Sequence record: ON529850.1
DNA: 64,000 bases
Direction: 5' to 3' (one strand)
The notes under the pieces are model-generated. The model searched no databases and was not told the DNA's origin. It worked only from the letters and a program-made list of their open reading frames with translations. The position numbers were made by a program, and so were the translations under genes. Of this stretch, positions 44,430-54,117 are shown piece after piece. Numbering within the stretch: the first letter of the stretch is position 1; each line of letters starts with the position of its first letter.

Positions 44430-44840
44430 CCCGCAAGGGTCAAGTCCGAGGCCGTCGAATCGAAATGACGTCAAGTCAAATCGAAACGGCGTCAAGTCAA
44501 GTCAAACTCAAATCGCATCAAGTCAAGTTCGCCGGCGTCAAACCGAAACGGCGTCAGGTCAAGTCACGTTTCTCGAATCGTGACTGGAACGAATTGTAAA
44601 ATTAGAGGGCGAGCGCCCTCACTTGAACATCAGGACGACGAAGCAGGCCAGGGCGAGTTTCCAGGCGCTGAAGAGAGAATCGAGGGCTTTCATAGGGTTA
44701 CGCTTTCTCTTGGAGTCACGAAGTTCTGGATTCGTGACAGGGGGTTTTGGGGGCGTGAGTCATGATTCAGGGGTTTCGTGACTCGGAATCGGGGGAATCC
44801 GGCCCGGTTTTCGTGACTCGGGCCGGAATTTCGTGACTCA
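44430..44840. repeat. Non-coding island with tandem (G)TCAA repeats and a dense GANTC cluster
   Basis: GTCAAGTCAA repeats at 44439-44566; GANTC at 44457, 44575, 44677, 44713, 44729, 44757, 44764, 44780, 44786, 44795, 44815 and 44835. Confidence 0.8.
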
Positions 44841-45839
44841 GGCTTCGTCTTTGTCGCCGCCGGTGTCGAACGGATCAGCCCATTGCGTGGTGACGATGAC
44901 CGTCCCTTCGTGCCCGTAGAAGTCGTAGGACAGGCCGGGGCGCAGGTCGAAGTCGGGGAAGGCGGCGATCTGCCTCATCAGGTCGGCGGAGCCGGCGACG
45001 TGTTCGGCGATGGCGGCGTCCTGGGCGAACAGGCGGCGCAGGATCGCCTGCGCCTGTTCGGGCGTGTCGGCGTAGCGCGGCGGGACCGCCGGGGATTGGC
45101 GGTCGATGCGGAAGCGACGGGCGCGGACCTTGATCTCGAAAGGCCCGGTCCAGGCGCGCACGTCCGCCGGGGCGCCGGCGGCCTCGCTCAGGGCGTCGAA
45201 CGCCATCAGGTCATGCACCGCCACCGCGTCTTGGAACTCCGCGCGGGTGACGGGGTAGGTCCAGCGCGAATCGTCGACCTCCATGGCTTGGCCCAGAATC
45301 ATGGCCTGACCTTGGAAGACCGCCAGATAGGGGGCGGCTTCGGCGTCCGGCGCGGGCGGATCGCGATCCATCCAGAAGCGATAGAGGGCGCGCCACCCGG
45401 CGGCGCGATCCCGGTCGCCGGTGTCGGGCATGTAGGCGTCGTGCAGGGCCTCGGCGGCGGGGGTGCGATCCGGCGCGTCCGCGTCGCCCTGATCCGCCTC
45501 ATGGGCGCCGAAGGTGCGAAGCGCCGCCTGGGTGAAGGTCTCGGTCCAGGGTCCGTCCGGACCCGCGCGCAGCGCCTCCACCACTTCGGGATGCGTGAGG
45601 TGGGAAAATTGCGAAGGGTCCCCGGCGATGAATTCGGCAGGGTCCCCGGCCGAAAATTGCGAAGGGTCCCCGGCCGAAAATTGCGAAGGGTCCCCGGTCG
45701 GGAATTCGGCCGGGTCCCCGGCGGGGAATTGCGTAGGGTCCCCGGACTCGATCCGGTCGGCCTCCTGGGTCAGCTCGGCGGCCTGCGCCAGCAGGGCGGC
45801 GGCGGCGGTGCGCATGACGGCGGCGGATGTCAGTCTCAT
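44838..45839 (-). CDS. Hypothetical early protein, 333 aa, with six 8-aa repeats (GDPxxFxA)
   Basis: GDPTQFPA GDPAEFPT GDPSQFSA GDPSQFSA GDPAEFIA GDPSQFSH; 24-nt units at 45603-45746. Confidence 0.7.
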   Translation of the reverse strand: MRLTSAAVMRTAAAALLAQAAELTQEADRIESGDPTQFPAGDPAEFPTGDPSQFSAGDPSQFSAGDPAEFIAGDPSQFSHLTHPEVVEALRAGPDGPWTETFTQAALRTFGAHEADQGDADAPDRTPAAEALHDAYMPDTGDRDRAAGWRALYRFWMDRDPPAPDAEAAPYLAVFQGQAMILGQAMEVDDSRWTYPVTRAEFQDAVAVHDLMAFDALSEAAGAPADVRAWTGPFEIKVRARRFRIDRQSPAVPPRYADTPEQAQAILRRLFAQDAAIAEHVAGSADLMRQIAAFPDFDLRPGLSYDFYGHEGTVIVTTQWADPFDTGGDKDEA

Positions 45840-46038
45840 GGGCGGGCCTTTCGTGTTCTTGATGACGTCACCCTAGAGGGGCGGTCTGGGAGTGTCAACC
45901 GCTTTTCTTCAGAACATGCGGGGCGGCGCGGTTTTGTTAACCTTAATGCAGCGTTAAGGTTAATGCGAACGGTTCGCGCAGAAAGCGCCCGCCGGGGGAG
46001 ACAATCCCGGCGGGCGCGGCTGACGGGGAGACAGGCCG

Positions 46039-46461
46039 TCAGGTGAGCAGATAGCGGTCCAGGCCCTCGGTCGGAACCTCGGCGCCGTCGCGGTAGGCGA
46101 CCGACCCCAGCATCCCGAAGGTCGCATGGCGGTCGCCCCGGTCGTATTCGGCGGCCTCGAACCGGCGCAGGATCGCCGGTTGGAGCGCGAACCGGACGGA
46201 GCGCGCATAGGGGTCGCGGCGGCGTTCCTGACCGGTGAAGATGAACCAGCCGCGTTCATGGGTGGCGCCGCCCAGCCAGCGCCGCTTGCGGCTGATGCGG
46301 ATGTCGCGGTCGCCGTTGCCCGCCATCACCCAGACGGTGCGGCCGGGCAGGGCCAGCGACAGCTTCCGCAGGGCGTCGTGCATCATGGCGCACGACAGGT
46401 CGAACAGCACCTCCTCGGCGTCTTCGACCGCCTTCAGGGCTTGGGCGAAAACGTCGCTCAT
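46039..46461 (-). CDS. Hypothetical protein, 140 aa (start MSDVFAQ)
   Basis: ATGA overlap with the upstream gene. Confidence 0.6.
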   Translation of the reverse strand: MSDVFAQALKAVEDAEEVLFDLSCAMMHDALRKLSLALPGRTVWVMAGNGDRDIRISRKRRWLGGATHERGWFIFTGQERRRDPYARSVRFALQPAILRRFEAAEYDRGDRHATFGMLGSVAYRDGAEVPTEGLDRYLLT

Positions 46462-47078
46462 GCCGAGGCCGCCGCGATCAGGGCCTGCTGCGCCTTGAAC
46501 GGCATGCGGTCCCAATCCTCGCTGGACAGGTCATAGACCGCCATGGCGCGCGCGGCGTCGTCCATTTCCGATTCCAGCACATGCTCCAGGCGCGCCTGAA
46601 TGAGCCCGCGCTCCTCCTCGCTCGCCAGATTGTCGAGAATGGGTTTCAGATCGACATCCAAAATCCCGTTGCCGCGCAGCCAGCCGACGATGCGGTCATA
46701 GGCGGCGACTTCCTCGGCCGCCGCGCGCGGATCGAGGTCGCCCAGGCGGGCGGCGTGGTTGTCGCTGGATTCGGCGATCATCCAGATCAGCGGCTCCAGC
46801 ACGGCGTCGGTCGCCAGCATGGTCGGGCGCTGCAAGGTGCGGCCGTCCGCCTGTTCGACATCGAAGGTCGAGGCGCCGGCTTGCAGATAGTCGGTGAATT
46901 CCGGCATGACCGTCCAGCCGCCGTCCGCCAGATGGGTTTCGTGGGCGATCCCCGCCAGCGCCAGCTCGCGGGCTTCCTGCGGCGATTCCGCCGAGACCGC
47001 GATGGTCTTGCAGGCGGTCAGGTGGGCGTAGGCCGTCACCAGATAGTTGATCTGAACCGAACTGCGCGGCTGGGTCAT
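46458..47078 (-). CDS. Hypothetical early protein, 206 aa
   Basis: Cassette layout. Confidence 0.65.
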   Translation of the reverse strand: MTQPRSSVQINYLVTAYAHLTACKTIAVSAESPQEARELALAGIAHETHLADGGWTVMPEFTDYLQAGASTFDVEQADGRTLQRPTMLATDAVLEPLIWMIAESSDNHAARLGDLDPRAAAEEVAAYDRIVGWLRGNGILDVDLKPILDNLASEEERGLIQARLEHVLESEMDDAARAMAVYDLSSEDWDRMPFKAQQALIAAASA

Positions 47079-47245
47079 GGGGCGTCTCCCGTTGTTGATG
47101 CCCCTTTCTAGGCCGGGCGCGATGGGGTGTCAACCTCTTTTTCGTAAGTATTTTCCTGTTAAGGTTAACGCGAGGGACGCAAAGAAAACGCCCGGCCGGG
47201 GGAGACAAACCCGGCCGGGCGTGGGACTGACTAGGAGACGGTGCG

Positions 47246-48019
47246 TCAGTCCGGGTCGCCGTAACGCTCGCCGCAGCGGCCGCAAGTCGTGTCGCGGTGC
47301 AGGCGGCCCGGTTCGCCGATCCAGTCGTGCAGGCCCGCCTGACAGTCGGCGTCGAAGGCGATGGGCGTCAGTTCGTCGGCGAAGGCGTCTTCCTCCTCGC
47401 CGCCCGGCAGGCGGACCCGATACATGACGCCGACTTCGGGGTCGCACTCGTCATCACCCAAAGGACGCACGATCTCGACGCGGGTTCCGGGGGCGACCGT
47501 CGCATCCGAAGCGGTCGAGGCGAACAGGGCGATCTCGTCGCGCATGAACACATCCGCCGTAATGCTGTCGGTCACGCTGTATGCCCCGTTGAACAGGCGG
47601 ACTGGATCAATCATCATATGACCCGACCCCAGGAAAGCCTCGGCGGCTTCAACCGTGGCGAAGCGGGCGACGAAGGTTTCCGCCTCGCCGGGCGTCGGCT
47701 CGGGGTTCTGGAGCGTCACCAGCACCGGCAGGGCGGACAGACGCGGCGGTTCTTCATAGTCTGCGCTCAGGTCCAGCCCCATCATGGCCTCGGCGGTCGA
47801 ATCTTCGATCTCGCAACCGGCCAGCGAACCGGGGTCCAGCAGGTGGCGCAGACAACCCGTCACAATGGGGGCGGCGCGCGTTCCCAGGAAGTCCTCATAT
47901 TCGCCCGGCTCGGCGTTGGGGCTGGCGTCGAGATAGGCCGCCACGGCGGCGGCGTGAAGGGCGCGCGGATCATGGACCGTCAGGCTGATCGTCACGTCGT
48001 AGGGGATGCGTCTGGTCAT
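47246..48019 (-). CDS. Hypothetical early protein, 257 aa
   Basis: Cassette layout; C-terminal C...H...CGRC possible zinc site. Confidence 0.65.
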   Translation of the reverse strand: MTRRIPYDVTISLTVHDPRALHAAAVAAYLDASPNAEPGEYEDFLGTRAAPIVTGCLRHLLDPGSLAGCEIEDSTAEAMMGLDLSADYEEPPRLSALPVLVTLQNPEPTPGEAETFVARFATVEAAEAFLGSGHMMIDPVRLFNGAYSVTDSITADVFMRDEIALFASTASDATVAPGTRVEIVRPLGDDECDPEVGVMYRVRLPGGEEEDAFADELTPIAFDADCQAGLHDWIGEPGRLHRDTTCGRCGERYGDPD

Positions 48020-48197
48020 GGGGTGTCTCCCGTTGCTGTTGGGTCCGTTCTAGGGCGTCCGCTGTGCGGTGTCAACGTCTTTTTATTAGAAAAGTCAGGC
48101 CGGTTCCGTTAAGGTTAATGCGAGCCGGTCGCAAAGAAAACGCCCGGCCGGGGGAGACAATCCCGGCCGGGCGTGGGGCTGACGGGGAGACAGGCCG

Positions 48198-48842
48198 TCA
48201 GCTTGCGGGGGCGGAACCGTCCCAGCCTTCCGGCTCCTTGAACGGATCGTGGGTCTCCAGGGCGCGGACCTGGGCGACGGCCTCGTCTTCGGTGATCTCG
48301 TCCGCGTTCAGACGGGCGCAGATCGCTTCGATCTCGGCCTGGGCGTGGTCGGTGACGACGGCGGCCTGCACGAAGTCGTCTTGCGGCTCGCCGTCCGCGT
48401 CGAGGCGGTAGAGGCCGACGTGTTCGTTATCGTCGGTGCAGACGTGCCAGTCGTAGCGCAGGCGGGCGGGCAGTTCGGCCTCAGCCTCCTCCGTCCACGA
48501 TTCCAACGCATTGACGGCGCCGGCGAGGTCGCCGCTCGACCAGTTGTCGATGACCGTGCGGGCGGCGACGGCGCCCTCGCTGACCAGATTCAGCAGGTGA
48601 GCCGCCTGGGCGGTGGTCAGGACGACCAGCTTCTCGCCCCGGCCCATCGCCGCCTCGATCAGTTCGGCGGCGGACGTATCGGCCGCAGGCTCGGGCGGCA
48701 GAGCCTTCAAGGCCGTCTGCACGTCGTTATACAGCTCTTCGTAGTCGTCCAGCTCGGGCGGCGTTTGGTTCTCGCGCATGGCGTTGTCGCGCGCATTGGT
48801 GGTGAGCCGCAAGGACAGCATGGCGTAATAGAGCGGGTTCAT
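48198..48842 (-). CDS. Hypothetical acidic early protein, 214 aa
   Basis: Cassette layout. Confidence 0.65.
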   Translation of the reverse strand: MNPLYYAMLSLRLTTNARDNAMRENQTPPELDDYEELYNDVQTALKALPPEPAADTSAAELIEAAMGRGEKLVVLTTAQAAHLLNLVSEGAVAARTVIDNWSSGDLAGAVNALESWTEEAEAELPARLRYDWHVCTDDNEHVGLYRLDADGEPQDDFVQAAVVTDHAQAEIEAICARLNADEITEDEAVAQVRALETHDPFKEPEGWDGSAPAS

Positions 48843-48989
48843 CGGGCGTCTCCGTGTTGTGATGACCCCTTGTAGGCCGGGCGGCGTCAGGTGTCAACTA
48901 CTTTTTATTAGAAATATTCCGCCAGGGTTGTTAACCTTAACGCAAGAAGTTCGCAAAACGCCCGGCTTGAGGCCGGGCGCTCGCATGGG

Positions 48990-49739
48990 CTATCGCTTGA
49001 GCGGCGGCAGGGCGTCGAGGTCCAGGATCGGCGCCTCTCCGGGCAGGATCGCCTTGGCGGCCTGTAGGATCGATTCCATCATGGTCTGGGTCGCGGCGCC
49101 GTCGCGCAGACGGCCGGCGATATGGGTCGCGTTGACGGTCTCGGCGTTGACGCCCGTCGGCGCCAGGATGGCTTGAAGACACGCTTGCATCGCCGCCTGG
49201 GCGGCGCGGTGCGCCTCCTTCGTCGCCTGATGCAGGGAGGCGGCGTAATCCCCCTCCCCGTCGTCCGCCATCTGCGTGAGGCTATCCGCCGCCTTCAGCT
49301 TGCACACCGCTTCATGGGCGGTGACGGCGACCGCGTTGGGATATTCCCCCGCCTCTCTGGCGTAGAGGTTGAGAAGATTCGCCGCCTCTTCAGCATCTGC
49401 GACATAGACGGCGCCCGCCTCCGACCAGTTGTTCGCCAGCACCGCCAGGGCGGCCTGGGCGGCGTAGTGTCCCAGAGAGCCGCCGCTTTCGAGGTCTTCA
49501 AGCTGGCGGCACAGGCGCAGGGTCAGCGGGTCGGTGTTCTGCGCCAGCGACAGCGTCAGGAACTCCGGCTGGACCTGAAACTCCGTGACGGACCCGTCGT
49601 CGTCTTCGTGCGTCAGGCCCTCGGCGTCCATGTAATGCGACACGGCGAACTCCAGCGAGCGGCGGATGTGGGCGGGGTTCACCGCCCCGCCTTCGACTTG
49701 CAGGCTGACGATGTAGTTGATGGTGACGGGTGCGGTCAT
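48990..49739 (-). CDS. Hypothetical early protein, 249 aa
   Basis: Cassette layout. Confidence 0.65.
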   Translation of the reverse strand: MTAPVTINYIVSLQVEGGAVNPAHIRRSLEFAVSHYMDAEGLTHEDDDGSVTEFQVQPEFLTLSLAQNTDPLTLRLCRQLEDLESGGSLGHYAAQAALAVLANNWSEAGAVYVADAEEAANLLNLYAREAGEYPNAVAVTAHEAVCKLKAADSLTQMADDGEGDYAASLHQATKEAHRAAQAAMQACLQAILAPTGVNAETVNATHIAGRLRDGAATQTMMESILQAAKAILPGEAPILDLDALPPLKR

Positions 49740-49875
49740 CGGGTGTCTCCGGTGGTTGATGTGCCTCCCTTCTAGGCCGGGCGGACGCGGGTGTCAACCC
49801 CTTTTCTGTAGGAATATTCCTGTTAAGGTTAACGCGAGCGGGTCGCAAAACGCCCGGCCGAAGCCGGGCGCTGCG

Positions 49876-50835
49876 TCAGGCGGAAACGCGGGAGAAGTCG
49901 GGACTGTCGCCGTCCTGCACCGTCAGTTCGATCCATGACATCCGCTCCATGTAGCGTTTGACCGAACCGGACGGCAGGCTGTTGAGAATGTAGGTCATCG
50001 CGAGGCGTTTACCGGCCTCGCTGGCGCGGGCGCTGATCTGGGTGCAGTAGGAGGAATCCTCCACATAGGCCCAGCCGTCCGGCCCCCGGCGTTCGATGGA
50101 CACGCGCATCAAGGGTTCGTCGCCCGGATCGGTCGGGTCGTAATCCCCCTGGAAGCCTTCGCCGATGTATTCCAGAATCACGGCGTCGTCGCCGTTTTCC
50201 TCCCGAAGGTCGGGCGCGTCGATCTGCGCCGTTGTCTCGGGGAGGTCCGGCAGAAACTCCGAGGCGGCGACCGCCCAATCTTCCAGAATGGTCGAAGCCT
50301 CGACCATGGATGTTCCCGCCTGCCGGGCGTCGGTCAGCTTCTGGATCGTCTCGACCGCCGCTTCCACCGCCGACAGGAGCGGGCGCGTCAGCGGGTCCGT
50401 CACCAGGGCGTCGGCCGCGTCGTCGTGCGACAGGCGCCGGACCGGTTCGGCCTCGCCGGCGCGGTAGAGATAGACCGCGCGGCCCTTGTGGCCGAAGCCA
50501 TGGGCGTTCCACAGCCCGCCGAAGGTGAAGTCGGCGGCGGCGCGGTCGCCGTAGATCAGTTGGTCGGTCACAAGAGCGCCGTCCGCCTCGACCACGATGA
50601 TGCGGTGCGACGGCAGGGTGACGGGTTGCAGCTCGAACTCATATTCGATGTCTTCGTCGCCGATCCATTGGCTGATGGCGCCGGCGTCCGTCACGTCCTC
50701 GGGCAGGCCGTAGCCGTCCAGTTCCCGGCGCACGTCGGCCAGGGCGGCGGCTTCGGACGGGAAGAACTCGGCGCCCATGCCGTATTTGTTGCGGGTGATG
50801 AGCAGGACGGGCGTGGTGGTCTTGGGCGGGGTCAT
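49876..50835 (-). CDS. Hypothetical acidic early protein, 319 aa
   Basis: Cassette layout. Confidence 0.65.
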   Translation of the reverse strand: MTPPKTTTPVLLITRNKYGMGAEFFPSEAAALADVRRELDGYGLPEDVTDAGAISQWIGDEDIEYEFELQPVTLPSHRIIVVEADGALVTDQLIYGDRAAADFTFGGLWNAHGFGHKGRAVYLYRAGEAEPVRRLSHDDAADALVTDPLTRPLLSAVEAAVETIQKLTDARQAGTSMVEASTILEDWAVAASEFLPDLPETTAQIDAPDLREENGDDAVILEYIGEGFQGDYDPTDPGDEPLMRVSIERRGPDGWAYVEDSSYCTQISARASEAGKRLAMTYILNSLPSGSVKRYMERMSWIELTVQDGDSPDFSRVSA

Positions 50836-50973
50836 CGGGCGTCTCCGGTGGTTGATGTGTCTCCCTTCTAGGCCGGGCGGATGCAGGTGTCAACTTCTTT
50901 TTTGTAGAAATATTCCTGTTAAGGTTAACGCGAGCGGGTCGCAGAAAGGCCGGGATCGCTCCCGGCCTTCGCC

Positions 50974-51672
50974 TCAGCCTTGCGCGGCGGCCTTGATGTT
51001 GTGTTCCAGCAGGCGCGTCGTCATCGTCTGCATCAGGTCGGCGCGGTGCGTCAGCCATTGGTGCGCGCGGGCCAGCGCCTGATCCAGCGGCAGACGCGGG
51101 ACCAGACCGGACGGGAAACAGCCGGACAGCCCTTCGAGAATCCGCAGGGGCGGCACCTGCCCCGCCGCCAGATAGGCGCCGGCGATGTGATCCGACATAT
51201 CCATGCCGCCCCCGGTCAGGGCGAATTCATAGGTGGTTTCTTCATAGGGATCGTCCGAGCGTTCGATCAGGACGATGGCGAGGCCCCAGGTGTTGAGGCG
51301 TTGGGCGATGTCGTAGAGTTCATCCGACGACGTATAACGCAGGTCCACAGGCCAGGCGTAGTTCATCATCGGGTCGAAGCTGTCGCGCCATTCGTCATAG
51401 CCGTCGGTCTGCTCGAACGCCTCGATCAGGTCTTCCCCGGCGATTTCCGTGCCGTCGCTGGCGGCGTCGTCATAGCGGGCGCGTTCCTCGGGGTGATCCT
51501 CCCACAGGTCTTCGGCGTATTGGTTGATGTCGTCCAGGGTCGGCTTGGGGCGCACGACGTCCCATTTGTCCGGGTAGCCTTCGGTCCAGTCGCGATTGAT
51601 CGGCTGCGTCATGATCGAGGCGAGCGAGAAGCTGTTGTCGGGGCCGTAGGGCAGGGGGAAGGGTTTCGTCAT
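50974..51672 (-). CDS. Hypothetical acidic early protein, 232 aa (start MTKPFP)
   Basis: PMMNYAWP...FALTGGGMDMS motif; cassette layout. Confidence 0.65.
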   Translation of the reverse strand: MTKPFPLPYGPDNSFSLASIMTQPINRDWTEGYPDKWDVVRPKPTLDDINQYAEDLWEDHPEERARYDDAASDGTEIAGEDLIEAFEQTDGYDEWRDSFDPMMNYAWPVDLRYTSSDELYDIAQRLNTWGLAIVLIERSDDPYEETTYEFALTGGGMDMSDHIAGAYLAAGQVPPLRILEGLSGCFPSGLVPRLPLDQALARAHQWLTHRADLMQTMTTRLLEHNIKAAAQG

Positions 51673-51790
51673 CGGGTGTCTCCGGTGTTGGTGTTCCTCC
51701 CTTCTAGGCCGGACGGCATATGGTGTCAACAGTTTTTCTTTAGAAAACTTCTTGTTAAGGTTAATGCGGGCGGTTCGCAGAAAAGCCGGG

Positions 51791-51898
51791 TCAAGCGACC
51801 CGGCTCCAGACCTGCTGCGCCAGCATGAAGAGATAGTAGAGGATGACACCCGCCAGCATCAGCAGGGCCATCCCCAGGCGCGGCGCCCGCGCGGTCAT
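51791..51898 (-). CDS. Small membrane peptide, 35 aa (not in track)
   Basis: MTARAPRLGMALLMLAGVILYYLFMLAQQVWSRVA; ATGA overlap with the upstream stop. Confidence 0.45.
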   Translation of the reverse strand: MTARAPRLGMALLMLAGVILYYLFMLAQQVWSRVA

Positions 51899-52710
51899 GC
51901 GTCGGGGGCGTGGCGGGGATAGACCTTCACCACTTCCCGGAAGCCTGCCGCATCCTCGGCGGCCTTAGCCTCCACGATGATCGCCCGGCGATGGCCCGGC
52001 TCGGCGCGGATCGCTTCAAGGCTGCTGTAGAGGGTCGCGGCCTTGTCCTTGATCTTGGCGATATTGCCGTCGCCGTAGCTGAACAAGAAGACGGTGGTGT
52101 CCGCCACCGCCGCCGCGAACGCCTCGGGGGTGACGCCGCGTTCACGCATCGCGTCTTCTTCCTCGTCCGCTTCGTCTTCGTCGTCGTCTTCCGACGCCAG
52201 CAGACCGTCATAGGCCAGAAGGTCGGCAATCGCCTCGTTGCCGCGCTCCGACAGAATGTCGTCCAGGCGGCGGCGGTTGTTGACCAGCCATTCGGCGGCT
52301 TCCTCTTCGGTGCCATCGAAACGGTCGATCACGTCTTCGGCGGTGAAGACGGTCGGGGCGGCGCCGGCGAGGCGGATGGCCTCGGTCAGGTCATAGACGC
52401 TGATCGCAACGTCGATGGCGTAGATGTGGCCGTTGAAGCCGATGCGCTCTTCGGCGAACAGCACGATCTCGACGTCGGACAGGTCGTCCAGGGTCTTGAT
52501 CTCGTCCAGCGGCTTTTGCGTGGCGATACCGTAGTCTTCCAGGCCGCTTTGCAGCGACGGGGCGTCGGTGTAGCGTCCGGCCATCCACTCGCGCGCCATC
52601 TGCGCCTTGGCGTCTTCGGCCTCCGCCTCGGTGCCGTAGGGGGCGCCGTCCGGCTCGTAGCCGTTGGCGGTGACGGCCAGTTGATAGAGTTTGATTTTCG
52701 CGGTCTTCAT
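51895..52710 (-). CDS. Hypothetical acidic early protein, 271 aa (start MKTAKIK)
   Basis: Cassette layout; EDDDEDEADEEED tract. Confidence 0.65.
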   Translation of the reverse strand: MKTAKIKLYQLAVTANGYEPDGAPYGTEAEAEDAKAQMAREWMAGRYTDAPSLQSGLEDYGIATQKPLDEIKTLDDLSDVEIVLFAEERIGFNGHIYAIDVAISVYDLTEAIRLAGAAPTVFTAEDVIDRFDGTEEEAAEWLVNNRRRLDDILSERGNEAIADLLAYDGLLASEDDDEDEADEEEDAMRERGVTPEAFAAAVADTTVFLFSYGDGNIAKIKDKAATLYSSLEAIRAEPGHRRAIIVEAKAAEDAAGFREVVKVYPRHAPDA

Positions 52711-52848
52711 GGGGTGTCTCCGGTGTTGCGGTGATCCCCTTCTAGGCCGGGCGCGATGGGGTGTCAACCTCTTTTCTGTAGAAATATTTCCGTTAAGGTT
52801 AACGCGAGCGGATCGCAAAACGCCCGGCCGAAGCCGGGCGTCGGGGGT

Positions 52849-53310
52849 TCATCCGCAATAGGTCAGGCTGTCCTCATAGGCCGCGACCCACGCCTTTTCG
52901 GCGGACGGATACTCGCAATCGGCGCTGTCGTCGTCGTTGCCGTCCGGGTCGTTGAAGACGTAGAAGACGTGAACGCCGACCGTTTTGCGGTTGACCGTAT
53001 AGCCCGCGTCGCGGGCGATCTCGACCTTTTCCGCATAGGTGAGGGATTCTTCCTCCTCCTCGCGGTCGTCGATCAGGGATTCGACCTCGCGCAGGCCGTT
53101 GGCCCAGGCGGTGACGGCTTCGACGTTATCCCCCAGGACATGAACGCCCTGGCCCCACTGTTGATAGGAGCCTTCATAGTAGGAGGCGAAGACGCGCAGG
53201 TCGTCCCCCTGCCGGTCGCGGCGGATGAAGACGATGTCGGCGCCCTTGCCGACGCCTTCGGCCAGCTCTTCGACGGTCGGGGCGCGAAACTCGATCAGCT
53301 TGGTGGTCAT
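52849..53310 (-). CDS. Hypothetical acidic early protein, 153 aa (start MTTKLIE)
   Basis: Cassette layout. Confidence 0.65.
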   Translation of the reverse strand: MTTKLIEFRAPTVEELAEGVGKGADIVFIRRDRQGDDLRVFASYYEGSYQQWGQGVHVLGDNVEAVTAWANGLREVESLIDDREEEEESLTYAEKVEIARDAGYTVNRKTVGVHVFYVFNDPDGNDDDSADCEYPSAEKAWVAAYEDSLTYCG

Positions 53311-53445
53311 GGGGTGTCTCCCGTTGTTGGTCATCCCCTTCTAGGCCAGGTGCGGTGGTGTGTCAACCTCTTTTCTGTGGTTATTTACTCGTTAAGGTTA
53401 ACGTGAGGGATTCGCAAAAAGCCGGGAGCAATCCCGGCCTTCGCG

Positions 53446-54117
53446 TCAGAACGACTTGGCGACGTAGAAGCCATGTTCGGGCGGGACCGTCACCGTGACG
53501 GCGCCGAACTCGACTTCGACCGCGCCGCCTTCGGGCAGGGTTTGGACGCCGGTGACTTCGGCCAGTTCGCCCGCGAACAGTTCGGCGGCGGTCTCGACTT
53601 CAGCGTCGGGGGTGTCCAGCCGGGCGGCGTAAACGTCGTGTTCCAGGTCGATGCGCATTCCCGGCGTCAGGTCGCGCGCCGGGACCGGCACGAGGCCGCT
53701 CTCCACGCCCTCGCACAGGTCCAGCAGGCTTTCACCCATGCGCACCAGTTCCGCCACGGTGGCGATGTTGGCGCGGTCTTCGCCTTCGATGTTCGACACC
53801 CCGTCCAGATTGGCGAGAACGGACGCGACCAGCCAGACGGGGCCGTCCTCGGGCGACAGCGACGCCAGGGCGGCGGCCTTGGGGTCGCCGGCGACGCCGT
53901 TGGGGCCGTAGCTGCGGCTGTTGGCGTAGTCGTCGTCGCCCGTCTCGTCCACCAGATAGCCGACGATCTCCTCGGCGTCTTCGGCGGCCTTGGACGCCAG
54001 GGCGGCGGCGCCGTCGAATTGGGCGGTCGCCTTGGCGATGGCCTCTTCATGCGAGGCGGCGGTCACTTCGACCGCGACGCGGGCGGTGAAATAGACGGTC
54101 ACGCGATGGGTGTTCAT
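53446..54117 (-). CDS. Hypothetical early protein, 223 aa (start MNTHRV)
   Basis: Cassette layout. Confidence 0.65.
   Translation of the reverse strand: MNTHRVTVYFTARVAVEVTAASHEEAIAKATAQFDGAAALASKAAEDAEEIVGYLVDETGDDDYANSRSYGPNGVAGDPKAAALASLSPEDGPVWLVASVLANLDGVSNIEGEDRANIATVAELVRMGESLLDLCEGVESGLVPVPARDLTPGMRIDLEHDVYAARLDTPDAEVETAAELFAGELAEVTGVQTLPEGGAVEVEFGAVTVTVPPEHGFYVAKSF

Noticed and set aside
44619-44693. 24-aa hydrophobic ORF (MKALDSLFSAWKLALACFVVLMFK)
   Set aside because: Very short with no clear SD, inside a repeat island; could be chance, so not called
45603-45746. Mini-CRISPR-like repeat
   Set aside because: Contiguous in-frame 24-nt coding repeats with no unique spacers
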